A model generated the notes under the pieces. That model ran no database searches, was not told the origin of the DNA, and saw nothing but the letters and a program-made list of their open reading frames with translations. Shown here piece after piece: positions 23,231-32,036 of a stretch of 64,000 bases of DNA (its first letter is position 1; every line of letters starts with the position of its first letter). A program made the translations under genes and the position numbers. The stretch lies in the NCBI GenBank assembly GCA_029212845.1, contig JARGPD010000003.1:3417-67416 (forward strand). Direction: 5' to 3'. This stretch comes from Planctomycetota bacterium. GTDB lineage: Bacteria > Planctomycetota > UBA1135 > GCA-002686595.

Positions 23231-25036
23231 CTACAGGAAGGCGCCGGCCACGGTCGCGGTCATCCAGCTGGCGAAGGCGCCGCCGAGCATCGCGCGCACG
23301 GCCAGCTTGGCCAGGTCGCTCTTGCGCTCGGGCGCCAGGGCCGCGATGCCGCCCAGCTGGATCCCGATCGAGCCGAAGTTGGCGAAGCCGCACAGGGCGT
23401 AGGCCGCCATGATCGCCGAGCGGCTCGAGTGGAAGCCGTCCTTGCCGCCGCCGGCGAGGGCGGTCAGGTCGCCCATGGCGACGAACTCGTTGATCGCGAT
23501 CTTGATGCCGAGCAAGGAACCGAACAGCTCGCAGTCGTGCCAGCCCTCGACCCCCATCGCCCAGGCCACCGGCGAGAAGACCCAGCCGAAGATGCGCGAC
23601 AGGGACAGGCCGCCCGAGTCCGCGAGCCAGGCGTCGCCGATCGCCCCGAGCGGCCAGTCGATCAGGGCGACGAGACCGACAAAGGCGATCAGCATCGCGA
23701 TCACGTTCAGGTACAGCTTGAGCCCGTCGGTGGTGCCGTTGGCCGCGGCCTCGACCAGGTTCGAGGCGTTCTTGTCCATGCGCAGCTCGACGCTGCCGCC
23801 GGTCGCGGAGACCTCGCGCTCGGGCAGCATGATCTTCGCGATCAGGAAGGCGGCCGGCGCCGACATGACCGACGCGGTCAAGAGGTGCGGGCCGATCTGG
23901 GGGCCGAGGAAGCCCATGTAGACCGCCAGCACCGAGCCGGCGATCGTCGCGAAGCCGCCGGTCATCAGGGCGTTGAGCTCCGACTGGGTCATCTTGTCGA
24001 TGTACGGCTTGACCACCAGCGGCGCTTCGGTCTGGCCGACGAAGACGTTGGCCGCCATCGCCATCGACTCGGCCCCCGACACGCCGAGCAGCTTGCTCAT
24101 CACCTTGGCCAGGGCGTAGATCAGGACCTGCATCACACCGAGGTGGTACAGCACGCTCATCATCGCGCTGAAGAAGATGATCACCAGGAGGCCAGAGCCA
24201 GCGAAGGCGAAGATGAAGCCCGAGGTCCCTGGGTCGGCCAGCGGGCCGAAGACGAGCTCGGCGCCGGCGGCGGCCTTGCTGACCAGGGTCGCGAAGAAGG
24301 TCGCGAGGACCTCGAAGAAGGCGCGGCCGAGGTCGGTGCCAAGGATCAGACCAGCCAGGCCGAACTGCAGCACGAGGCCGAAGCCGACCACGCGCCAGGG
24401 GAAGTGCTGCTTGTAGCTCGACATCAGCCAGGCGACGAAGCAGAAGAAGCCTAGGCCGAGCCCGGCGCGCAGGACGCGGTAGAGCAAGAGCATCAGGTCG
24501 AAGGGCGCGACCTGCACCGACACCATCAGCACGCTCGCGTCCGCGCCTGCCGTCTCGCTGTAGAAGTAGGTGATGCCGCGGTAGCCGAGGGCCTCGGTGC
24601 TCGCCAGCTTGGGCGCGCCGGCGCCAGCCTCGGCGGCCTCACTTTCGGGCTCGCCGTGCAGCTGGCGCACCTCGGCGATCGGACTGCCGACGGCCAGCCC
24701 GGTCATGGTCTGGAAGCCCGCCCCGACCACCGCGATTCCGCTGAGCACCTGCTCCTCGTCGAAGGTCAGGAACAGCCCAGCCGCCTCGAACGGCCGGCGC
24801 GCTTCGGCGGTGAGTGAGCCGAGCACCTTGTCCAGGGTCGCGGTCCCGATGCGCAGGTTGCCGACGCGCTCGCCGGGGACGATGACGCGGTCGCCGAGCC
24901 AGGTATCGAGCTCGCTGAACTCAGCGCTCCCGCCGCCGCCCTGGAGCGCGGGCTGGGCGTCCGCCGAGGGTGCGGCGGCGAGCAGGAGGAGGCCGGTGAG
25001 GAGCGCGAGGAGTCGGGTCACGAGGGGGGGTCGCAT
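23231..25036 (-). CDS. nupC: Concentrative nucleoside transporter (NupC/CNT family) fused to an N-terminal signal peptide and an extracytoplasmic domain of about 170 aa
   Basis: The C-terminal approximately 410 aa are polytopic, ending GFANFGSIGIQLGGIAALAPERKSDLAKLAVRAMLGGAFASWMTATVAG, as in CNTs. The N-terminus is MRPPLVTRLLALLTGLLLLAAAPSADA followed by a soluble-looking segment. Confidence 0.8.
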   Translation of the reverse strand: MRPPLVTRLLALLTGLLLLAAAPSADAQPALQGGGGSAEFSELDTWLGDRVIVPGERVGNLRIGTATLDKVLGSLTAEARRPFEAAGLFLTFDEEQVLSGIAVVGAGFQTMTGLAVGSPIAEVRQLHGEPESEAAEAGAGAPKLASTEALGYRGITYFYSETAGADASVLMVSVQVAPFDLMLLLYRVLRAGLGLGFFCFVAWLMSSYKQHFPWRVVGFGLVLQFGLAGLILGTDLGRAFFEVLATFFATLVSKAAAGAELVFGPLADPGTSGFIFAFAGSGLLVIIFFSAMMSVLYHLGVMQVLIYALAKVMSKLLGVSGAESMAMAANVFVGQTEAPLVVKPYIDKMTQSELNALMTGGFATIAGSVLAVYMGFLGPQIGPHLLTASVMSAPAAFLIAKIMLPEREVSATGGSVELRMDKNASNLVEAAANGTTDGLKLYLNVIAMLIAFVGLVALIDWPLGAIGDAWLADSGGLSLSRIFGWVFSPVAWAMGVEGWHDCELFGSLLGIKIAINEFVAMGDLTALAGGGKDGFHSSRSAIMAAYALCGFANFGSIGIQLGGIAALAPERKSDLAKLAVRAMLGGAFASWMTATVAGAFL

Positions 25037-25108
25037 GGCCGAATCTTACGGGACGCGCGGACGTGGGCGGACGGACGGCGTCCGAGCAATCTCAGGGTCT
25101 CCCCGGCC

Positions 25109-26407
25109 CTAGTCGAGCAGCAGCGGCGTCGGCTCGATCGGCTCGTCGCACAGCTCGAAGCTCGCCTGCAGCTTGGCGCGGGCCGCGTCGAGCCCACGAC
25201 CGGCGCGGTGGTGGACCCGCAGGATCGGGTCGCCGGCGCCGAGCTGGCAGCCCTCGTCCGCCAGGATCGTCAGGCCGACGCCCGGGTCGATCTCGTCGCC
25301 GAGCTGCTTGCGGCCGCCGCCGAGCTCGCCGACGGCGAGGCCCATGGCGCGCAGGTCGCACCAGGCCAGGTAGCCCGCACGATCCGCGCACAGGGTCTCG
25401 GTCTTGCCGGTTAGATCTAGGCCACCCTCGAGGCAGGCTGCGTCGCCGCCCTGCTCGGCGGTCAGCTGAACGAAGCGCTCGAAGGCCCGGCCGTCGTCGA
25501 GGCTGGCCGCGACCTTGGCCTCACCCTCCGCGCGATCGTCCGCGAGGCCGACGAGGCGCAGCAGCTCGCCGCCCTGCAAGCACACGAGCTCGCGCAGGTC
25601 GGCCGGACCCTCGCCGCGCAGGCAGGCCAGGCTCTCGTTGATCTCGCTCGCGTTGCCGATCTCGCGCCCGAGCGGACGCGCCATGTTGGTCTGGAAGGCC
25701 GTCGCGCGCACGCCGCACTCGCCGGCGATGCGCACCATCGTGCGCGCCAGCTCGGCGCCGCGCGCGGGGTCGGTCAGGAAGGCACCCGAGCCGAACTTCA
25801 CGTCGAGCACGAGCGCGTCGATGCCCTCGGCCAGCTTCTTCGAGAGGATCGAGCTGGTGATCAGCGGGATCGACTCGATCAGCCCGGTCACGTCGCGCAG
25901 GGCGTAGAGCTTGCGGTCCGCGGGCACCAGGTCCGCGGTCTGGCCGCCGAGCGCCAGGCCGGTCTTCACCAGCACGCGCCGGAACTCGGCGGGCTCGAGG
26001 CCGGTGCGGAAGCCGGGGATCGCCTCGAGCTTGTCGAGGGTGCCGCCGGTGTGGCCGAGCCCGCGGCCGCTGATCATCGGCACGAACGCGCCGCAGGCCG
26101 CCACGGCCGGGGCCAGCGGGATCGAGACCTTGTCGCCGATGCCACCGGTCGAGTGCTTGTCGACCTTCGGCCCGTCGAGCTCGCTGAAGTCGAACACGTC
26201 CCCCGAGTGCAGCATCGCGCGGGTCAGCACGGCCAGCTCGGCGTCCTCCATCCCATGGATGAAGATCGCCATCAAGAGCGCCGAGGCCTGGTAGTCCGGC
26301 ACCTCGCCGGCGGTGTAGGCCGCGACGAAGGCCTCGACATCGGCGTCGGCGATGCGCCCCCCGTCGCGCTTGGTCGCGAGCAGGGCGCGCACGTCGAGCC
26401 GACTCAC
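25109..26407 (-). CDS. deoA: Thymidine / pyrimidine-nucleoside phosphorylase
   Basis: GTG start at 26405-26407 overlapping the deoB stop (GTGA). Motifs KRDGGRIADADVEAFVAAY, SALLMAIFIHGM, VDKHSTGGIGDK and GRGLGHTGGTLDKLE. The track ORF is over-extended. Confidence 0.9.
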   Translation of the reverse strand: MSRLDVRALLATKRDGGRIADADVEAFVAAYTAGEVPDYQASALLMAIFIHGMEDAELAVLTRAMLHSGDVFDFSELDGPKVDKHSTGGIGDKVSIPLAPAVAACGAFVPMISGRGLGHTGGTLDKLEAIPGFRTGLEPAEFRRVLVKTGLALGGQTADLVPADRKLYALRDVTGLIESIPLITSSILSKKLAEGIDALVLDVKFGSGAFLTDPARGAELARTMVRIAGECGVRATAFQTNMARPLGREIGNASEINESLACLRGEGPADLRELVCLQGGELLRLVGLADDRAEGEAKVAASLDDGRAFERFVQLTAEQGGDAACLEGGLDLTGKTETLCADRAGYLAWCDLRAMGLAVGELGGGRKQLGDEIDPGVGLTILADEGCQLGAGDPILRVHHRAGRGLDAARAKLQASFELCDEPIEPTPLLLD

Positions 26408-27627
26408 TCGCCGAGCTCCGACAGGAACGAGCGGCCCTCGGTCGGCGTGGTCCCGAACAGCTCCTCGACCGTCGCGCCGATGTCGGCGAAGCTCGAGCGT
26501 GTGCCCAGCTCGACGCCCCTCGCGCCGGTCAGGCCGTGGCGCCAGGCGACCACAGGAACGTACTCGCGCGTGTGGTCGGTGCCGACCGGGTGGCTGGGGT
26601 CGTTGCCGTGGTCGGCGGTCAGGATCACCAGGTCGCCCGTCCGAAGCTCGGCCTCGAGGGCCGGGAAGTCCGCGTCGAACTCCTCGAGCGCGCGCCCGTA
26701 GCCGGCGACGTCGCGGCGATGACCGAACAGCATGTCGAAGTCGACCAGGTTCACGAAGGCGAGGCCGCTCTCGAGCTCGCGCGCCACCGCGGTCGTGTGC
26801 AGCATGCCGTCGCGGTTGCCCTCGGTGTGGACCGAGCGCGTGACCCCGCGGCCCGCGAAGATGTCCTCGATCTTGCCCACGCCGACCACCTCGACGCCGG
26901 CCGCCACCAGGCGGTCGAGGGAGGTCTGTCGCGGCGGCACCATGGAGAAGTCGCGGCGGTCGTAGGTGCGCTGGAAGCGGTGCGGACCGCCCGGCTCGGC
27001 GTCGATGAAGGGTCGCGCGATGACACGCCCGACGCCGTAGGGATCGAGGATGTCGCGCGCGATGCGGCAGTGCTCGTACAAGCGCTCGAGCCCATAGGTC
27101 GGGACGTGGACCGCGACCTGGAAGACGCTGTCGGCGCTGGTGTAGACGATCGGCTTGCCGGTCTCGATGTGCTCCTGGCCGAGGCGCTCGATGACCTCGG
27201 TGCCCGAGGCGGCCGCGTTGCACAGCACGCCGGCGAGGCCGGTGCGCTCGAGGAAGGGATCGAGGATCTCCGCCGGGAAGCCCTCGGGGTAGACCGGGAA
27301 GGGTGCGTCGAGGGTGCAGCCCATCAGCTCCCAGTGGCCGGTCGAGGTGTCCTTGCCGGGTGAGCGCTCGGTGCAGCGACCCACGGCGGCGCGGTGGGCG
27401 ACGTCCGCGGGCGGACGCTCGACCGCCTCGACACCGGGCACGCAGCCGAGGCCGAGCTCGACCAGGTTGGGGATCTTCCAGCCCCCCGCTTGCTCGTGCA
27501 TGTGGCCGGCGATGTGGTCGAGGGTGTGCGCCCCGACGTCGCCGAAGGCTTCGGCGTCGGGCAGGGCGCCGACCCCGAGGGAGTCGAGCACGATCACGAA
27601 AGCGCGTGGCATGGGTCCGGTTGGCAA
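26404..27627 (-). CDS. deoB: Phosphopentomutase
   Basis: Motifs RAFVIVLDSLGVGALPDAEAFGDVGAHTLDHI, VNLVDFDMLFGHRRD and LTADHGNDP. The start is the ATG at 27627 or 27612. Confidence 0.9.
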   Translation of the reverse strand: MPTGPMPRAFVIVLDSLGVGALPDAEAFGDVGAHTLDHIAGHMHEQAGGWKIPNLVELGLGCVPGVEAVERPPADVAHRAAVGRCTERSPGKDTSTGHWELMGCTLDAPFPVYPEGFPAEILDPFLERTGLAGVLCNAAASGTEVIERLGQEHIETGKPIVYTSADSVFQVAVHVPTYGLERLYEHCRIARDILDPYGVGRVIARPFIDAEPGGPHRFQRTYDRRDFSMVPPRQTSLDRLVAAGVEVVGVGKIEDIFAGRGVTRSVHTEGNRDGMLHTTAVARELESGLAFVNLVDFDMLFGHRRDVAGYGRALEEFDADFPALEAELRTGDLVILTADHGNDPSHPVGTDHTREYVPVVAWRHGLTGARGVELGTRSSFADIGATVEELFGTTPTEGRSFLSELGE

Positions 27628-27640
27628 GGGGGAGGGTGGC

Positions 27641-28102
27641 CTAGATGTTCGGCTGGAAGCGCTTGTGGCAAGCGACGCAGGACTGCTGGGTGCGGATGAA
27701 GCCGGCGCGCATGCCGTCGACGTCGCTGGCCTCGGCCGAGGTGGCCAGCTGCTCGACCCCGGCGCGCAGCCAGCCGAGGTAAGCCTCGAACAAGGCGCGA
27801 TCGCCGAGGAAGGCGGGCTCGTCGTAGTAGGCCTGCCAGGCGGGGTCCATCGCCCAGGACTGCATCGAGCGCGCCGCCGAGGCCACGACCGGCGTCTGGT
27901 TCGGCGCGCGCAGGATCGGCTCGATCGTGCGGTTCAGGGCGTCGACCTCGAACATGACGTGGCGCAGGGCGGGCGGAGTGCCGAGCTCGAGGGTCCCAAA
28001 GGCGTCCTCGCCGGGCGCCTGGTCGCAGGCGGCGGGGACGAGGGCCAGGATGGCGGCGGCGAGGGCTAGGGGGAGGCGCATGGGTCGTCTGGGGGGCGGC
28101 AA
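27641..28102 (-). CDS. Class II cytochrome c (cytochrome c'/c556-like) lipoprotein
   Basis: Lipobox-like LALVPAAC. A single CxxCH near the C-terminus (SCVACHKRF) and a length of about 150 aa fit the four-helix-bundle cytochrome c' family. It ends 13 nt upstream of deoB. Confidence 0.6.
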   Translation of the reverse strand: MPPPRRPMRLPLALAAAILALVPAACDQAPGEDAFGTLELGTPPALRHVMFEVDALNRTIEPILRAPNQTPVVASAARSMQSWAMDPAWQAYYDEPAFLGDRALFEAYLGWLRAGVEQLATSAEASDVDGMRAGFIRTQQSCVACHKRFQPNI

Positions 28103-28225
28103 GGGTCCGTTTCGGATCCACCCGGCGTTCGGCTTGGGTTCGCCCGATCGGTGGACCGGGCACGCCCCGCGGATCTCTCGGGGGCGGGACCGCCGGGGTG
28201 CTATGGTAATCGGGTGTACGGCGAT

Positions 28226-29476
28226 GTGTTCCCTCTTGCCGGACGAGCTCCGCGAAGGTCGCGGCTCGTTCTAGCCCTGCTGGCTGCTCTCCTGGCGAGC
28301 TGCTCCAGCTGGCGTGAGGTCTCCAGCCACGAGGACTGGAGCCTGTACGTCAAGCCGGGCGGCGGTGTTGACGTGCAGTCCTTCGAGGAGCTACTCGGAC
28401 CCGCCGTGGCGGCCGTCGAGGGCCAGTTCGGCCCCTTCGAGGCCCCCGTCCGCATCCATGCCTGGTCTGGGGGTGTCGACCTCGAGACCGGCAACCGCGG
28501 GCGCATCGCCGACGGCGACGATGCCGGCCTGATCAACGCCAAGGCCGGCACGGCCCGGGTGCGCGCCTTCCACGTGCGCGCCGACCCCTTCGGACCTGGC
28601 GGCGTCTTCCTGGGCGAAGCCTCCGCGGGCTCGGCCGTGCACGAGCTGGTCCACGCGCGCTTCGCCGAGACCGACGTCGAGCTGCCCCTGTGGTTCGAGG
28701 AAGGCCTCGCGATGCACTTCGCCGACGGCGTGCTGACCGAGTCCACCCCCGTCTGGGCGGCCCCCGAGGGAGTGCCCCCCGCGGCCCCGAGCGCCCTCGA
28801 TGCAGCCACCCCCAGCGGTCCCCGCTGGGTCCGCGACGGCCTCTGCGCCTGGCCCCTCTCGCGCCTGCGTGAGCTCGAGTTCACGGACGACGAGCTCACC
28901 AGCCTGCTCGCCCTGCGCGCCGAGGACGGGCACTCGATCGAGGAGAACCTGGTCGTCCACTTCCTGGGCTGGGCCTTGGTCTTCGACCTGTACCGCGAGC
29001 ACCCGAACGGCGACTGGCGCGACTGGCTGGCGGTCCACAAGGCCGACCCCTCGATCGCCACCGTGCGCGCGCGGATCGCGCGCAGCATCGATCCCGAGAC
29101 CGTGCGCCTGTGGCTGCACACCGGCCTGACCAGCGACGACCCCGCCGTGCGTCGGGCCACGGCCCGCGGCAGCTGGCGTGTCGCGGACTCGGCCTCCCTT
29201 CAATTGATGTCGTCGGCCCTGCGCAAGGAGACCGACGAGGCCGTCCGGGCGACCCTGGTCATCAACATCCTGGCCGCCGCCGGCGAGGGCCGCTACCCGG
29301 GCATGGGCCGCTGGAACGGCCTGCGCCTGCCCCTGCGCCTGCTCAGCAGCCTGGTCTTCACCGACGCCGCCGAGGCCGCCGCGGCCGGGATCCTCGACGA
29401 GGGCTACCGCCGGGGTGCGACCCGGGAAGAGATCAGCGCGGCGTTCGAGGTGCTCGAGAAGTACTGGCAGGAGTAG
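28226..29476 (+). CDS. Lipoprotein with a gluzincin-type HExxH peptidase-like domain (Peptidase_MA-like) and C-terminal HEAT-like repeats
   Basis: Motifs RSRLVLALLAALLASC (lipobox) and AVHELVHARFAETDVELPLWFEEGLAMHF. The start is uncertain: GTG at 28214 or 28226. The track start at 28151 is less likely. Confidence 0.6.
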   Translation: MFPLAGRAPRRSRLVLALLAALLASCSSWREVSSHEDWSLYVKPGGGVDVQSFEELLGPAVAAVEGQFGPFEAPVRIHAWSGGVDLETGNRGRIADGDDAGLINAKAGTARVRAFHVRADPFGPGGVFLGEASAGSAVHELVHARFAETDVELPLWFEEGLAMHFADGVLTESTPVWAAPEGVPPAAPSALDAATPSGPRWVRDGLCAWPLSRLRELEFTDDELTSLLALRAEDGHSIEENLVVHFLGWALVFDLYREHPNGDWRDWLAVHKADPSIATVRARIARSIDPETVRLWLHTGLTSDDPAVRRATARGSWRVADSASLQLMSSALRKETDEAVRATLVINILAAAGEGRYPGMGRWNGLRLPLRLLSSLVFTDAAEAAAAGILDEGYRRGATREEISAAFEVLEKYWQE

Positions 29477-29625
29477 CTTCCGCGTGCTCGCTAGGACCGG
29501 TCCAAGTCCTTCAATTCCCCGACTCTAGGCCCCGTTGGTCCGGATCCGCCCCGTTCGGCCGGCGGCGGAGCGCTAGAATGCTCGCCCGCCCTTCCCCAGT
29601 GAACTCCACCCCCCTGCCCGTGGCC

Positions 29626-31974
29626 ATGCAGACGCTCCCCAAGCCGTCCTTCGAAACCCTCTCCAAGAGCTTCCACCACTGGGAGGTCGTCGGCGACCTC
29701 ATCGACCAGTTCCTGGACCTGGCGCTGAACCTGCGCCAGAGCGGGCACCCCGGCGGCTCGCGCTCGAAGGTGCCGATGATGGTGGCGAACACCCTCGGCG
29801 CCGGCATGCGCTGGGACATCCGCCATCCCGAGGCCGCCTTCGGCGATCGCTTCGTGCTGGTGGCGGGCCACGCGGTGCCCGTGGTCTACGCGACCCTCGC
29901 GGTCTACAACGAGGCCATGCGCCTGCGCTACGAGCGCACCGGCGACGCGCGCTTCAAGCTGTCCGACGACCCCAACCGCGTGCTGGTCTGGGAGGACCTC
30001 TTGACCCTGCGCCACAACAAGGGCCTCGCCGGCCACGCCGAGATGGAAGGCAAGACGCTCTTCCTCAAGTTCAACACCGGCCCCTCGGGCCACGGCGCCC
30101 CAGCGGCGCTCGGTGAGGCGGTCGCCCTGAAGCACGCCGGCGCCGGCGAGGTCAAGGTCTTCGCCGTCGAGGGCGAGGGCGGCCACTCGGCCGGCTGCCA
30201 CCACGAGGTCAAGAACTCGGCCTACGGGCTGGGCCTCGACAACCTGATCTACCTGTTCGACTGGAACGACCACGGCATCGACAGCTTCGCCAACAGCGAG
30301 GTCATGCACGGCACCCCGAAGGAGTGGTTCGAGTCCTACGGCTGGCGCGTCGCGGGCGCCGAGGACGGGCACGACTACGCCCAGGTCACCAAGGCGATGC
30401 TCGAGATCGTGCACAGCGATGACACCGGCGGCCGCCCGGGCATGGTCTGGTTCAAGACCCGTAAGGGCCGCGGCTACCACAAGTTCGACGCGGCCAGCCA
30501 CGGCGCCGCCCACAAGCGCAACAGCGACCTGTTCTGGAAGTGCCGCGAGGAGTTCGCCGACAAGTACGGCGTCAAGTTCGAGGGCCACGGCGACACCACC
30601 GACCCCGGTGAGGACGCCTGCCGCGACCAGACCCGCGGCTGGATGGAGACCGTGCTCTCGGTCCTGCGCCGCGACGAGGCGCTCGTCGACCACATCACCG
30701 ACACCCTGGCCGAGCTGGCCGAGTCCGTGCCCGCCACCGCGACCGGCCCCGAGGGCTACAACCTGACCTCCAAGGTCAACCTGGCGGCCGACACCTCCTG
30801 GCTGAGCGTCGACACCCTGCCCGACGAGCTGTTCGCGGCCCCCGGCGAGGTCGTCCCCAACCGCGCCGGCTTCGCGAAATTCGGCGCCTGGGTCAACAGC
30901 AAGGCGAAGCAGGCCATGGGCCGCCCGCTGGTCATCGCGAGCTCGGCCGACCTGGCCGACTCGACGTCGATCAGCGGCTTCGCGAAGGGCTTCGGCGACG
31001 CTGATGGCTTCGAGGGCTTCGGCTGGTACCAGCGCGACACCAACCCCGGCGGCTCGCTGCTGCCCCAGCAGATCACCGAGTTCACCAACGCGGGCCTCGG
31101 CGTGGGCATGGCGACGGTCAACTTCGCGGAGGACCCCGAGGCCGAGTTCAAGGGCTACTGGGGCACGTTCAGCACCTACGGCTCGTTCTCGTACCTCAAG
31201 TACGGGATGATCCGCCTGTTCAGCCAGCTGGCCCAGGACTGCGAGCTGAAGGTCGGCAAGGTGATCTGGGTCGTCGGCCACTCGGGGCCCGAGACGGCCG
31301 AGGACAGCCGCACCCACTTCGGCATCTTCTCGCCCGGCGTGACCCAGCTGTTCCCGGCCAACCACGTCATCAACGTGACGCCCTGGAGCCACAACGAGGT
31401 CGCGCCGATGCTGGCCGCCGCCCTGCAGATGGACCAGCCGATCGTCGCCCTGCACCTGACGCGTCCCGGCATCACCGAGCCCGACCGCGCCGCCCTCGGC
31501 ATGCCCAGCCACAAGGAAGCCGCCAAGGGCGCCTACGTCATGCACGACTACGACCCGGCGCGCCCGAAGGAGGGCACGCTCTTGGTCCAGGGCACCTCGA
31601 CGACCGACTCGATGATGCAGATCCTGCCGCGCCTGAACGCCGGCGAGGGTCCCAACGTCAAGGTCATCATGGCCGGCTCCTGGGAGCTGTTCCAAGCCCA
31701 GAGCCCCGAGTACCGCGAGAAGGTGCTGAGCCGCGAGGACTTCCTCGACTCGACCGTGATCACCAACGGCGGGCGCCGCGTGATGCACGACTGGCTCAGC
31801 TCGAAGGTCGCCGAGCGCTACGCGATGAGCTCCGACTGGGACGACCGCTGGCGCACGGGCGGCAGCATGGAGGAGATCAAGCGCGAGGCGCGCATCGACC
31901 CCGAGTCCCTCTGGGAAGGCATCTGCAAGTTCGCCGAAGAGCGCGAGTCGCGCCTGGCCGAGCTGCGCTTCTAG
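29626..31974 (+). CDS. Transketolase-family ThDP enzyme, long form (about 782 aa)
   Basis: Motifs SGHPGGS, GHAVPVVYA, GPSGHGAPAALGEAVA, VEGEGGHSAGCHHEVKNSAYGLGLDNLIYLFDWNDHGID and GHSGPETAEDSRTHFG. The start is the ATG at 29626 or 29578. The track ORF starts too early. Confidence 0.8.
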   Translation: MQTLPKPSFETLSKSFHHWEVVGDLIDQFLDLALNLRQSGHPGGSRSKVPMMVANTLGAGMRWDIRHPEAAFGDRFVLVAGHAVPVVYATLAVYNEAMRLRYERTGDARFKLSDDPNRVLVWEDLLTLRHNKGLAGHAEMEGKTLFLKFNTGPSGHGAPAALGEAVALKHAGAGEVKVFAVEGEGGHSAGCHHEVKNSAYGLGLDNLIYLFDWNDHGIDSFANSEVMHGTPKEWFESYGWRVAGAEDGHDYAQVTKAMLEIVHSDDTGGRPGMVWFKTRKGRGYHKFDAASHGAAHKRNSDLFWKCREEFADKYGVKFEGHGDTTDPGEDACRDQTRGWMETVLSVLRRDEALVDHITDTLAELAESVPATATGPEGYNLTSKVNLAADTSWLSVDTLPDELFAAPGEVVPNRAGFAKFGAWVNSKAKQAMGRPLVIASSADLADSTSISGFAKGFGDADGFEGFGWYQRDTNPGGSLLPQQITEFTNAGLGVGMATVNFAEDPEAEFKGYWGTFSTYGSFSYLKYGMIRLFSQLAQDCELKVGKVIWVVGHSGPETAEDSRTHFGIFSPGVTQLFPANHVINVTPWSHNEVAPMLAAALQMDQPIVALHLTRPGITEPDRAALGMPSHKEAAKGAYVMHDYDPARPKEGTLLVQGTSTTDSMMQILPRLNAGEGPNVKVIMAGSWELFQAQSPEYREKVLSREDFLDSTVITNGGRRVMHDWLSSKVAERYAMSSDWDDRWRTGGSMEEIKREARIDPESLWEGICKFAEERESRLAELRF

Positions 31975-31987
31975 GGCGCAAGACCTG

Positions 31988-32026
31988 GCGGCGCGGGCTC
32001 CGGAAATCCCCGAGGGCCCGCGCCGC
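31988..32026 (+). terminator. Strong GC hairpin (11-bp perfect stem) after the transketolase-family gene
   Basis: gcggcgcgggc (31988-31998) pairs with gcccgcgccgc (32016-32026) around a 17-nt loop. There is no U-tract. Confidence 0.4.
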
Positions 32027-32036
32027 ATCCTAAGCC

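Noticed and set aside
29491-32028. An 845-aa minus-strand ORF.
   Set aside because: It is antisense to the transketolase-family gene and has no recognisable motifs. The same reasoning applies to 18429..20456, 33036..34472, 34235..35647, 35641..36813, 46463..48022, 48033..49739 and 49528..50778.
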